Positions 56,323-64,000 of a stretch of DNA of 64,000 nt are shown piece by piece (position 1 is the stretch's first letter; each line of letters starts with the position of its first letter). A program made the position numbers and the translations under genes. A model generated the notes under the pieces. The model was given only the letters and a program-made list of their open reading frames with translations, did not search any database and was not told the origin of the DNA. The stretch is from Candidatus Falkowbacteria bacterium (GTDB taxonomy: Bacteria > Patescibacteriota > Patescibacteriia > UBA11705 > JABHMO01), in the NCBI GenBank assembly GCA_016214755.1, contig JACRNX010000031.1, forward strand, positions 18,020 through 82,019. Direction: 5' to 3'.

Positions 56323-57075
56323 TCAATTTAAATTTGGCCGATTGTTGACGCAGATAGCAATAAAAGAATAAGCGTCGCGCAGTTCTGTCGTAATTGGGTA
56401 ATTATCGGGCGATAACTCGTTTTGACCTGGAATGTAAAAAATTTTTCTCGTTAAACTGCAAATTGTTTTTGGCAAGTAATTCCTAATTTTAAATGGGTCA
56501 AAATGCCAAAGAAACCGCAGCCGCGCCGAACCGTCATTTTTTAACAAGCCTAGGACATTCAAGACCTTAAATTGCCTGGATAATTCTTCAACCAGCGTGA
56601 TTTTGTCATATTCGCGATAATGAACGGGATTTGTGTTTTTCGTTTTGGCAATGTTCGGCGTAATTACAATCAATGCGCCATTTTCTTTAAGGTGTTTTTT
56701 TATTGTTATTAAATATCTCTGGGGGTCAACCATTTGCTGAATCACGTCCACGGAAATTGCCGCCTCAAAATTTTTATCCGCCAAATCAAAATCATGCAAA
56801 TCCGTCAAAACGAACGAAGTATTGGCGATATTCAAACTATGCGCGATTTCAATCGCTTTTGCGTTTCCGTCTAATCCAACCGCTGACTGAAAATAGGGCT
56901 CTAACAATTTTATTGACCAGCCCGCGCCGCAGCCAGCATCTAATATTTTTTTTCCAAAGACAAACGGTATCAAAAAATTATGCTTTGCTTTATGGATATT
57001 AATTACAACGCTGTCGGTTGTTGCTTTGCCAACGCGCGTTTGTTCGTCTGATTTGGGGTCAATGATTTTCTTCAT
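56323..57075 (-). CDS. class I SAM-dependent methyltransferase
   Basis: ILDAGCGAGWSI motif I; 250 aa. Confidence 0.75.
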   Translation of the reverse strand: MKKIIDPKSDEQTRVGKATTDSVVINIHKAKHNFLIPFVFGKKILDAGCGAGWSIKLLEPYFQSAVGLDGNAKAIEIAHSLNIANTSFVLTDLHDFDLADKNFEAAISVDVIQQMVDPQRYLITIKKHLKENGALIVITPNIAKTKNTNPVHYREYDKITLVEELSRQFKVLNVLGLLKNDGSARLRFLWHFDPFKIRNYLPKTICSLTRKIFYIPGQNELSPDNYPITTELRDAYSFIAICVNNRPNLN

Positions 57076-57151
57076 GGGTTAATGTGGAATAATTATTGAC
57101 TTTTCACAATTAGATTGACAAGATTATCTCTTGGCGAGATAATGGAAGCAT

Positions 57152-57652
57152 ATGAACCATGCTCATACTCTTTCATTATCCCATCGGGATAGAACGGCCA
57201 TGGAGCGCCGGCGGCTTAAAGCCGCGAAGCTCTTCGCCAAAGGTCGTAGACAGGCTGATGTGGCCAGAACCCTCGGAGTTAGCCGTGAGGCGGTTCGCCA
57301 GTGGCATGATATCTGGAAAAAGAAGGGGAAGATTGCTTTGCAAAGCGCCGGCAAACCAGGTCCCAAGTCTCAACTAACGCCCGAAAAATTAAGATTAGTG
57401 AAGAAAGCATTGTTAAGAGGTCCGACGGCCCATGGATTTGCCACTCAGCTGTGGACACTTGAACGGATCGCGGCCATGATCAGGAAAGTGGCCGACGTTT
57501 CTCACGGTACGACGCGGGTGTGGCAGGTGTTACAATCTCTTAATTGGTCGTGCCAAAGGCCTGAAACACGCGCCCATGAACGAAATGAGGCGGCCATCCG
57601 CCGCTGGCAAAACACCGCCTGGCCGCGCATTAAAAAAAAGCAATGCGAATAG
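57152..57652 (+). CDS. IS630-family transposase OrfA (HTH DNA-binding part)
   Basis: RRRLKAAKLFAKGRRQADVARTLGVSREAVRQW helix-turn-helix. Ends just after the A8G slippery run at 57632..57640. Confidence 0.8.
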   Translation: MNHAHTLSLSHRDRTAMERRRLKAAKLFAKGRRQADVARTLGVSREAVRQWHDIWKKKGKIALQSAGKPGPKSQLTPEKLRLVKKALLRGPTAHGFATQLWTLERIAAMIRKVADVSHGTTRVWQVLQSLNWSCQRPETRAHERNEAAIRRWQNTAWPRIKKKQCE

Positions 57653-58206
57653 GCGCAAAATTGGTCTTCTGGGACGAATCCGGCATTTCGCAAAAAGCGA
57701 GCGTCCGGCGAACATGGTCTCCCAAAGGGCGCACGCCGGTTATTGTTTCGACCGGCTCATGGCGGTCGCGGTCGGTTATCGGCATTATTACCTGCACACC
57801 GCGCGGCAGAAAGCCGAAACTGTTTCTAAGGATTTTCAAACACGCCATCAAATATCCGGATATCATTCGATGCCTCAAAGAGCTGCACCGTCATGTCAAA
57901 GAACGAATAATTTTAATGTGGGACGGTTTGCCCGGTCATCGGGCACGCGCTACTCGTTTGTTTCTGATAACGCAGAGACACTGGCTCGAAACGCATCGTT
58001 TCCCCGCCTATGCGCCGGAGTTAAATCCGCCGGAATATCTGTTTTCCGCACTAAAATCCCGCAATCTTACCGGCCTACATGTGGCCACCATCGATGAAAT
58101 TGATGCCCACATTAAAATCGGCAAGCGTCGTCTCCAAAGGCGACCGGATATTCTGAATGGTTTTTTAAAAGAGTCGAGATTGTTTGATAAAGAGTTGTCA
58201 ATCTAA
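57643..58206 (+). CDS. IS630-family transposase OrfB (DDE catalytic part; probably expressed as OrfAB via -1 frameshift)
   Basis: VFWDESGIS ... LMWDGLPGHRA ... PAYAPELNPPEYLFSALK, the DDE/D motifs of the IS630/Tc1 superfamily. This frame is open from 57634, inside the A-run. Confidence 0.8.
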   Translation: MRIGAKLVFWDESGISQKASVRRTWSPKGRTPVIVSTGSWRSRSVIGIITCTPRGRKPKLFLRIFKHAIKYPDIIRCLKELHRHVKERIILMWDGLPGHRARATRLFLITQRHWLETHRFPAYAPELNPPEYLFSALKSRNLTGLHVATIDEIDAHIKIGKRRLQRRPDILNGFLKESRLFDKELSI

Positions 58207-59241
58207 TTGTGAAAAGTCAATAGAGCCGGGCAAATTCTGGTTGACAAGTTCTAATATGCGTTTTTCAATCAGCTCATCAATGGCCTTAACTTCGCCCGGC
58301 CAGCCCTGGCTGTAATCATGAAATATGATCGGCGCGCCATTATTTAAGTGCGGTTGAATATGCTGAAAAATTTCCATGATTTCATCGTAAGTGTGAAATA
58401 AATCAATAAAGGCAAAATCATATATTTCCTTGTTATCCCGCAGAAAATCTTGATATAACATTTTTTGAGGAATTATTACGGCCTTATATTCAGAATTAAA
58501 AGAAATATTCTTAATGAATTCGTCGTAAAAGCTCTCTCCGTATGTTTGCGCAAATTTTTCTTCTATGGCGATGCCTTCCCAACCAAAGGTATCAACTGAA
58601 GTGACTGAACCGCCGTTGTTTTTTAGTACGCCTTTGGCTAAAAAATGTGTGCTTTTGCCACAGGCCGGACCAAGCTCAAGAATTTTTTTGCCTTTTGTCG
58701 CCATAACAGCTTTTTCCAAATATTTTCCCTCTTCTAAAATAAATTGCCCCCGCCGGCTGGAAAAATAATCATACAACGCCAGCTCGCCCAAATCGTTGAC
58801 AGTCGCCATACCGTTTTTGCGGATCGGTTTGAATGCGTTGTAATAATAATTGTCAAAATACCAATCAAATTCAATCGGCGAGTACGACTCGCAATATAAA
58901 CCAATCTCGATAAAATCCTGTGGCTCGCTTAACCCGGAAGCGATCAATGCCTGCGATATTTCTTCCCAATGTCTGGAGGCGATGACAATCAGACATTGAT
59001 TTGACCTGTTGACGCTTTCTTTACGAAATTCTTCAAAGCGAACAATTTTGATTTTGTCAAGATGACAATTTTGGGCATTCTGGTCAATAAATCCTTGAAT
59101 TTGAACATTTAATTCACTTTGCAGAGCTGACTGCAATCGTCCACCCATAAACCCGGCGCCGTAGATCCAAATCGGTCTTTTATTCAAATCAAAAAATGAA
59201 TTTAAAATTTTTAATACACTATCACCGTTTTCGTTTGTCAT
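58198..59241 (-). CDS. SAM-dependent methyltransferase (class I, O-methyltransferase-like C-terminal domain)
   Basis: KKILELGPACGKSTHFLAKG motif I and acidic motif II region (IDLFHTYDEI). The last six codons plus the stop (DFSQLD*) are encoded inside the IS right inverted repeat. Confidence 0.6.
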   Translation of the reverse strand: MTNENGDSVLKILNSFFDLNKRPIWIYGAGFMGGRLQSALQSELNVQIQGFIDQNAQNCHLDKIKIVRFEEFRKESVNRSNQCLIVIASRHWEEISQALIASGLSEPQDFIEIGLYCESYSPIEFDWYFDNYYYNAFKPIRKNGMATVNDLGELALYDYFSSRRGQFILEEGKYLEKAVMATKGKKILELGPACGKSTHFLAKGVLKNNGGSVTSVDTFGWEGIAIEEKFAQTYGESFYDEFIKNISFNSEYKAVIIPQKMLYQDFLRDNKEIYDFAFIDLFHTYDEIMEIFQHIQPHLNNGAPIIFHDYSQGWPGEVKAIDELIEKRILELVNQNLPGSIDFSQLD

Positions 59242-59249
59242 AATTTACT

Positions 59250-61016
59250 TTATGTTATGGCTGAAATAATTCTCTCGGCTACTCTGGTCGCGCCGTTCGC
59301 ATCTATGGCGCCAACTAAACCTTTTTCAATTTGAGACATTTTTGCAAACGCGTTAAAGGTTTTGTGAAATTGTTCTTGGTCAATCTCGCCAATCAGGCCA
59401 AAATATTTAAAATTTTTTGTCTTCAAAAAATTTTTATTTAGTTTTTCTTCGTGTTGCGCTATCGCCAAAACCGGAACCTGCAAATAAAACGCTTCGTAGA
59501 TTGATTGGCCGAATCCCAATATCACGAAATGACAGCCAGCCAGCGCTTCGGCGAACGATTTGTTGTCGCCGAGAACAAAGGTATTCAGATTTAATTTATT
59601 GATTTGCCTTTTCACCTGCGATCTTTTTTTATTAAACGGGCCCAGATATACGCCGAATGGCTGTTTGAATCCCCCGTTATCCAAAAACTTTAGAATTTTC
59701 CAAGTTATGTTTTTAGGGTCAGCGCCGCCACCGCAAATTAAAACATATTTCCCCTTTTTTCTTTTTTGCCTTTTAATCTCGTTTCGGATGATCGCGTATT
59801 GCGCGCCGAAAATTATATTTTTCCATTTAAATGGAATCACGCTGTGGCCATTGGGAATAATGTACAAATCCGCGCCATTTACTTTTTTGTCTAGCCGATC
59901 AATGACAATAACCTTTCTCGCGCCACGCCTGATTTGTTTAATGCTGACATCAAACAGCGTATCAATTATTACTCCAGTAGCGTTGTTTGACTTCAAAAAA
60001 TTATAAAAATCATTTTCTGAATCTATGACAAAATAATTAAAATTATTTTCAGACAATGTCTTTTCCGTCTGTTTGTTTCGTCGGGCGACAAAAGTTATTC
60101 CGCAAAAATATTTGTCTTGCAATTCCTTGGCCAGCGCCATCATTCTTTGCAAATGGCCCAGCCCGATTTTTTCAGAAGCGTCAGTTCTGATTATAAATTT
60201 ATGACTAACGTCTATTTTTGATTTTTGCTTTACTTCCGCGTTGATCAACCACAATTTTTTGTCCTTTTTATAAAGCGCGATTACTTTATTCAGATTAATA
60301 AGCTCTTTTCGATTTTTCCATAAACGATTGTAAATTTCCCTCATAAATCGCAAGTCGGAAATTGTATCAACCGAGAGTCGGAGCATATGTTTATTAAAAG
60401 GAGCGCGCAAATTCACTTCAAACCATTTGAATTTCTCAGAATTTTCTTTTAAATAAATATTCAAATGTTCTTTATGATAGGGCTGACTCGCATTCTGATA
60501 CTGGACTTCAAGCGCGGACATCTTGCAGACATCAAGCCCTTCGTGCTGGCATTGCTGGCCACTTTTTAATTTGGCTGAATCAGCTTTTGTCTTTATCATT
60601 CCCGTGACTACATCGTCAACAAATTTTGGGTCAATCAGCGGACAATCGCCGCAAATGCCGGCAATGATGTCCGCCTTTACCCATTTCGCCGCGGCCAGAA
60701 CGCGACCGACGACATCGTTGATATCGCCGTGATAACGAAAAACTCTGTAACCTATATTTTTGACATATTTTGCCAGCGGATTATCGGTTTTATCGCTCGA
60801 AGTAGCTAAAATTATTTCATCAATCGTTTTAGTTCTTTTTAAACGATCAAAAATATGCCAAATCATCGGTCGGCCGTTGATATCAATTAATGCTTTGCCC
60901 GGCAAGCGCGAGGATGACATTCTCGCCCTGACGATAGCTACAACCCGTGTTCTTTTTTCCATATGTCTCTTGTTTTTAACAATGGCCGCAATCCATCGCT
61001 CGGGTCTGCCCGCCAT
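59250..61016 (-). CDS. fusion: SpsF/PseF-like cytidylyltransferase + PseG-like UDP-sugar hydrolase (UDP-2,4-diacetamido-2,4,6-trideoxy-L-altropyranose hydrolase family)
   Basis: N-terminal VVAIVRARMSSSRLPGKALIDINGRPMIWH (CTP_transf_3 family). Central-to-C-terminal IIRTDASEKIGLGHLQRMMALAKEL resembles the PseG signature (IRADAS..G.GH..RC..LA). Overlaps the upstream NeuB-like gene by 79 nt; the alternative internal Met at 60962 reduces this to 25 nt. Confidence 0.65.
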   Translation of the reverse strand: MAGRPERWIAAIVKNKRHMEKRTRVVAIVRARMSSSRLPGKALIDINGRPMIWHIFDRLKRTKTIDEIILATSSDKTDNPLAKYVKNIGYRVFRYHGDINDVVGRVLAAAKWVKADIIAGICGDCPLIDPKFVDDVVTGMIKTKADSAKLKSGQQCQHEGLDVCKMSALEVQYQNASQPYHKEHLNIYLKENSEKFKWFEVNLRAPFNKHMLRLSVDTISDLRFMREIYNRLWKNRKELINLNKVIALYKKDKKLWLINAEVKQKSKIDVSHKFIIRTDASEKIGLGHLQRMMALAKELQDKYFCGITFVARRNKQTEKTLSENNFNYFVIDSENDFYNFLKSNNATGVIIDTLFDVSIKQIRRGARKVIVIDRLDKKVNGADLYIIPNGHSVIPFKWKNIIFGAQYAIIRNEIKRQKRKKGKYVLICGGGADPKNITWKILKFLDNGGFKQPFGVYLGPFNKKRSQVKRQINKLNLNTFVLGDNKSFAEALAGCHFVILGFGQSIYEAFYLQVPVLAIAQHEEKLNKNFLKTKNFKYFGLIGEIDQEQFHKTFNAFAKMSQIEKGLVGAIDANGATRVAERIISAIT

Positions 61017-61828
61017 TCACGGTCAATTGATTCGCTTTCCTTGCAACGTTTCACTCCGTCGCCGTCGCTAAGGGTGTAATCAGCTGTCAAATTAACATCT
61101 GCCTTGATGTCTCGGATAACTTTTTCAATTTGTTCCGGAAGCCAATTATATCCGCGCGCGAATTCTTCCCCTTTTCCGTCCAAATCCAAATGGAATTCTA
61201 TGCTTGAGGCCTGCCATCTAAACGCGGCGCGCGACAAAACTTTTTCATCAACGCTGTGATCTGACCAGCCGGCCAAACAGTTAAACATTTTTCTGTATGT
61301 TTCCAAGACCGACAAATTGCATTCAGCCGCCGGCGCGGGATAACTGGACACGCAATGGTACAAGGTGATTTCTTTGGCGTCGGATTTTTTTAAAATATTA
61401 ACTGCCTTAGCCACTTCTTCAGTATTGGCCATTCCTGTCGCGAGTTTAATCGGTTTTCCTGTCCACGCGCATTTTTTCAACAATCCCTCCCAAAGAATTT
61501 CGTATGACGCGATTTTAAAATAATCAACATAAGGCGCGAGAATATCCACTGCTTTCTGATAAAACGGCGTGCAGGCGAATTTCAATCCCAACCCGTGGCA
61601 TTCATCAGCCAATTTTGGAATAAATTCAACGGGCAATTCCCATTTTTTCCGGCTGCGATGCTCCTCGCTTGTGGCCAATATCTCGGACGCGAAAAGTTCG
61701 TCAATTTTAAATAATTGGAATTTAACGCCGTCGCAGCCGATTTTTTTCGCGATTTGGATAAATTCCAGACAGCGGCCGAGATTCTGGCTGTGATTGCTTG
61801 AAACTTCGGCGATGAATTCAACATTCAT
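60938..61828 (-). CDS. NeuB-family nonulosonic acid synthase (pseudaminic acid synthase PseI-like), lacking an obvious C-terminal SAF domain
   Basis: IAEVSSNHSQNLGRCLEFIQIAKKIGCDGVKFQ matches the NeuB/PseI/SpsE N-terminal TIM-barrel signature (AE.S.NH.G....A..MI..A...GADAVKFQ). Confidence 0.7.
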   Translation of the reverse strand: MNVEFIAEVSSNHSQNLGRCLEFIQIAKKIGCDGVKFQLFKIDELFASEILATSEEHRSRKKWELPVEFIPKLADECHGLGLKFACTPFYQKAVDILAPYVDYFKIASYEILWEGLLKKCAWTGKPIKLATGMANTEEVAKAVNILKKSDAKEITLYHCVSSYPAPAAECNLSVLETYRKMFNCLAGWSDHSVDEKVLSRAAFRWQASSIEFHLDLDGKGEEFARGYNWLPEQIEKVIRDIKADVNLTADYTLSDGDGVKRCKESESIDREWRADPSDGLRPLLKTRDIWKKEHGL

Positions 61829-61832
61829 AAAA

Positions 61833-63002
61833 TTAACAAAACTTTTTTATTATTGATTTCACATTCTCAATCAAATAACCTTGCTCATCGTCAGTCAATG
61901 AATAATAAATCGGCAAGCTAACGCATTCAGAATAATATCGGTCGGCGTTAATATATTTTTCAGCGTCATAACCTAATTTTTGGTAATACGAATTGCGATT
62001 GATCGGACGATAATGAATTTGCACTTTTATATTTTTCTCATGCAATTCGTCAAAAATTTGGCGGCGCTTGCTGATTAAATAATCATCGGCCAAACGCAAT
62101 ATATAAAGATGCCAAGCCGGATTGTATTTGCCTAAATCATAAAACGGCAATTTTATTCTAGGCTGTAATTCTGCAAAGGCCTCATTATATCGTTCGGCTA
62201 TCATCCGCCGTCTATTTAAAAACAATCCGACTTTTTTTAATTGGGAAATGCCCAGCGCGCACTGAAAATCAGTTAACCGATAATTGAATCCCAATTCGCG
62301 CATATCATAGCACCAAGCGCCTTCAGCCGCTGTCTCCTCATCTTTATAAATACCGTGACTGCGCAGCGCGCATAATTTTTCATATAATTTTTCACCATTG
62401 GTTGTAATCATTCCACCCTCACCGGTTGTCATGAGTTTCACCGGATGAAAACTAAACACCGCCATGTCTGAATGTTCGCAACTGCCGACTTTATGCCATT
62501 TCCCGTCCGCGAAATAATCCGCGCCCAGCGCGTGGCAAGCGTCTTCAATCACGATTAATTTATTCTTTTGGGCGGTTTCATAAATGCTGGGCAAATCAGC
62601 GGGCAATCCAGCAAAATGGACAGGAATAACCGCTTTGGTTTTTTCAGTGATTTTGTTTTGAATCTGCTTCGGGTCAATATTTATATTATTATAATCAATA
62701 TCAGCGAATATCGGCTTAGCGCCGACGTATAAAAGGCAATTCGCGGTCGCGACAAAACTGATCGGCGTGGTAATCGCTTCGTCGCCATACTCGAAACCAG
62801 CGGCTAACGCGGCGAGATGGAGCGCCGCCGTGCCCGATGAGACCGCAATCGCGAATTTTACGCCGCAATATTCAGCGAACGCGTTTTCAAATTCTTTAAC
62901 CCTTGGCCCTTGGGTCAGCCAATCTGAACGGATAACTTCAATCGCGAAATTAACATCCGAATTATCAATAAATTGTTTGCCGTACGGTATTATTTTGTCC
63001 AT
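61833..63002 (-). CDS. pseC: UDP-4-amino-4,6-dideoxy-N-acetyl-beta-L-altrosamine transaminase (PseC-type DegT aminotransferase)
   Basis: IPYGKQFIDNSDVNFAIEVIRSDWLTQGPRVKEFE near the N-terminus is the PseC-type signature. Fold-type I aminotransferase, 389 aa. Overlaps pseB by 38 nt. Confidence 0.8.
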   Translation of the reverse strand: MDKIIPYGKQFIDNSDVNFAIEVIRSDWLTQGPRVKEFENAFAEYCGVKFAIAVSSGTAALHLAALAAGFEYGDEAITTPISFVATANCLLYVGAKPIFADIDYNNINIDPKQIQNKITEKTKAVIPVHFAGLPADLPSIYETAQKNKLIVIEDACHALGADYFADGKWHKVGSCEHSDMAVFSFHPVKLMTTGEGGMITTNGEKLYEKLCALRSHGIYKDEETAAEGAWCYDMRELGFNYRLTDFQCALGISQLKKVGLFLNRRRMIAERYNEAFAELQPRIKLPFYDLGKYNPAWHLYILRLADDYLISKRRQIFDELHEKNIKVQIHYRPINRNSYYQKLGYDAEKYINADRYYSECVSLPIYYSLTDDEQGYLIENVKSIIKKFC

Positions 63003-63972
63003 TTTCGTATTTGTAAATAATATGCCTCAATTCTTCATCAGAAAGCCAGCGATCGTTATTGTTGCTGTGATATCCCTCAAAATCTTCGGGCAAAGATTTT
63101 TCATCATTGGCAACCGGACCGAAATGAGCCGCCAACGGCCTCATAACGAACCGATCTGCTTTTTCAAACGTGTATCTCGCGTCATCCGCGGTCACAAGCG
63201 TCTCGTGCAATTTCTCGCCCGGTCTTATGCCCGTGATTTTAATTTCCGAATTAGGCGCGATCGCTTTGGCGAGATCAACGACGCGCATGCTCGACAATTT
63301 AGGCACGAAAACCTCTCCTCCGCTCATCATGCCCAAACAATTAATCACAAATTCAACTCCTTGCTCCAATTGTATCCAAAATCGCGTCATTCTAACGTCA
63401 GTCACGGGAATGGGCAATCCTTGCATTTTACATTCGTGAAAAAATGGAATCACGCTGCCGCGCGAACCGAACACATTGCCATAGCGTACGACGCTGAACA
63501 TCGTTCTGTTTGGACAAAATTTATTGGCCGCGATGAATATCTTTTCAGCGCACAATTTCGTCGCGCCATACAAATTCACCGGACTCGCCGCTTTGTCAGT
63601 GCTGATGGCGATAACCTTTTCAACATTTTTATCAATGGCGGCGTTAATTACATTTTGCGTGCCGATTATATTTGTCCTAACCGCTTCAAACGGATTATAT
63701 TCCGCGGTTGGAACTATTTTAAAAGCCGCCGCGTGAATCACAATGTCAACATCATCAAAGGCGCGATGCAATCTTTCCGGATCGCGGATGTCGCCGATGA
63801 AAAATCTCACGTCAGCGTGTTTGAATTTTTCCGCCATTTCATACTGTTTCATTTCGTCGCGGCTGAAGATAATGAGTTTCTTCGGGCGATACTTGGACAG
63901 GACAATTTCCGTGAATTTTTGTCCGAACGAACCGGTCCCGCCGGTTATTAGTACGACCTTATGGTCAAGCAT
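62965..63972 (-). CDS. pseB: UDP-N-acetylglucosamine 4,6-dehydratase (inverting), PseB/FlaA1
   Basis: VLITGGTGSFGQKF, RFFIGDIRD, HAAAFKIVPTAEYNPFEAVRTNIIGTQNVI and ISTDKAASPVNLYGATKLCAEK are near-canonical PseB/FlaA1 motifs. Confidence 0.9.
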   Translation of the reverse strand: MLDHKVVLITGGTGSFGQKFTEIVLSKYRPKKLIIFSRDEMKQYEMAEKFKHADVRFFIGDIRDPERLHRAFDDVDIVIHAAAFKIVPTAEYNPFEAVRTNIIGTQNVINAAIDKNVEKVIAISTDKAASPVNLYGATKLCAEKIFIAANKFCPNRTMFSVVRYGNVFGSRGSVIPFFHECKMQGLPIPVTDVRMTRFWIQLEQGVEFVINCLGMMSGGEVFVPKLSSMRVVDLAKAIAPNSEIKITGIRPGEKLHETLVTADDARYTFEKADRFVMRPLAAHFGPVANDEKSLPEDFEGYHSNNNDRWLSDEELRHIIYKYENGQNNTVRQTIY

Positions 63973-64000
63973 TTTTTTGTAATTATTTATTAAGTTTGGT

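Larger units (their letters stand above)
57096..58220 (+). mobile_element. IS630-family insertion sequence (about 1.1 kb) with 26-bp perfect terminal inverted repeats and TA target-site duplication
   Basis: Left IR ttgacttttcacaattagattgacaa (57096..57121). The right IR is its exact reverse complement (58195..58220). TA is at 57094..57095 and 58221..58222. Two overlapping transposase ORFs carry HTH and DDE regions. GC content is visibly higher than the flanking DNA. Confidence 0.85.

Noticed and set aside
57530-58097. Several 60-170-aa ORFs on both strands inside the IS (57159..57377, 57163..57366, 57502..57715, 57576..58097, 57630..57878)
   Set aside because: They overlap the transposase OrfA/OrfB in other frames. 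High GC content suppresses stop codons, and none has a recognisable motif.
62767-63951. 394-aa plus-strand ORF
   Set aside because: It is entirely antisense to the strongly conserved pseB/pseC coding sequence. Its composition is Arg/Phe-rich and low-complexity, with no recognisable motif. It is most likely a spurious antisense ORF.
1-64000. CRISPR arrays, tRNA or rRNA genes
   Set aside because: No direct-repeat/spacer periodicity and no tRNA- or rRNA-like conserved stretches were seen in the few intergenic regions. The window is almost entirely protein-coding.

Overview
AT-rich bacterial chromosomal fragment with very tight gene packing. Almost every gene lies on the minus strand.

From 63972 down to 2865 the window is a single co-directional, largely translationally coupled glycan biosynthesis and export super-locus of about 61 kb and roughly 50 genes. 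It runs past the right edge of the window. Its recognisable parts are:
- a pseudaminic-acid module (pseB, pseC, NeuB-like pseI, and a SpsF/PseF-PseG fusion);
- a GDP-D-glycero-D-manno-heptose module (gmhA, a GHMP heptose kinase, an HddC-GmhB fusion, an SDR dehydratase/epimerase);
- a CDP-hexose module (rfbF, rfbG, an FdtA/WxcM-like cupin, two DegT aminotransferases);
- a Wzx/Wzy/Wzz/WecA-type assembly set, with a polyprenyl-phosphate glycosyltransferase (GtrB-like) and large GT-C-like membrane proteins;
- at least six SAM methyltransferases, and GT2, GT4, GT-B and GT9-like glycosyltransferases.

The unusual content is radical and thiamine chemistry embedded in this locus:
- three cobalamin-binding radical SAM enzymes, two of them fused to sugar-tailoring domains (an SDR epimerase/dehydratase and a DegT aminotransferase);
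- two SPASM-type radical SAM enzymes;
- a DXS-like thiamine-diphosphate enzyme next to a FabG-like reductase, flanked by three ATP-grasp ligases;
- a NeuA-like cytidylyltransferase fused to a HisC/CobD-like PLP enzyme;
- a GH57-like protein.

A GC-rich IS630-family insertion sequence sits inside the locus. It has perfect 26-bp terminal inverted repeats, a TA duplication and an A8G -1 frameshift site.

Downstream of the locus are a secreted GY-repeat / poly-Thr surface protein (a candidate glycosylation acceptor), an AhpC/TSA-type redoxin preceded by an unlisted small TRASH-type zinc-ribbon ORF, and the 5' part of queA. No rRNA, tRNA or CRISPR arrays were seen.
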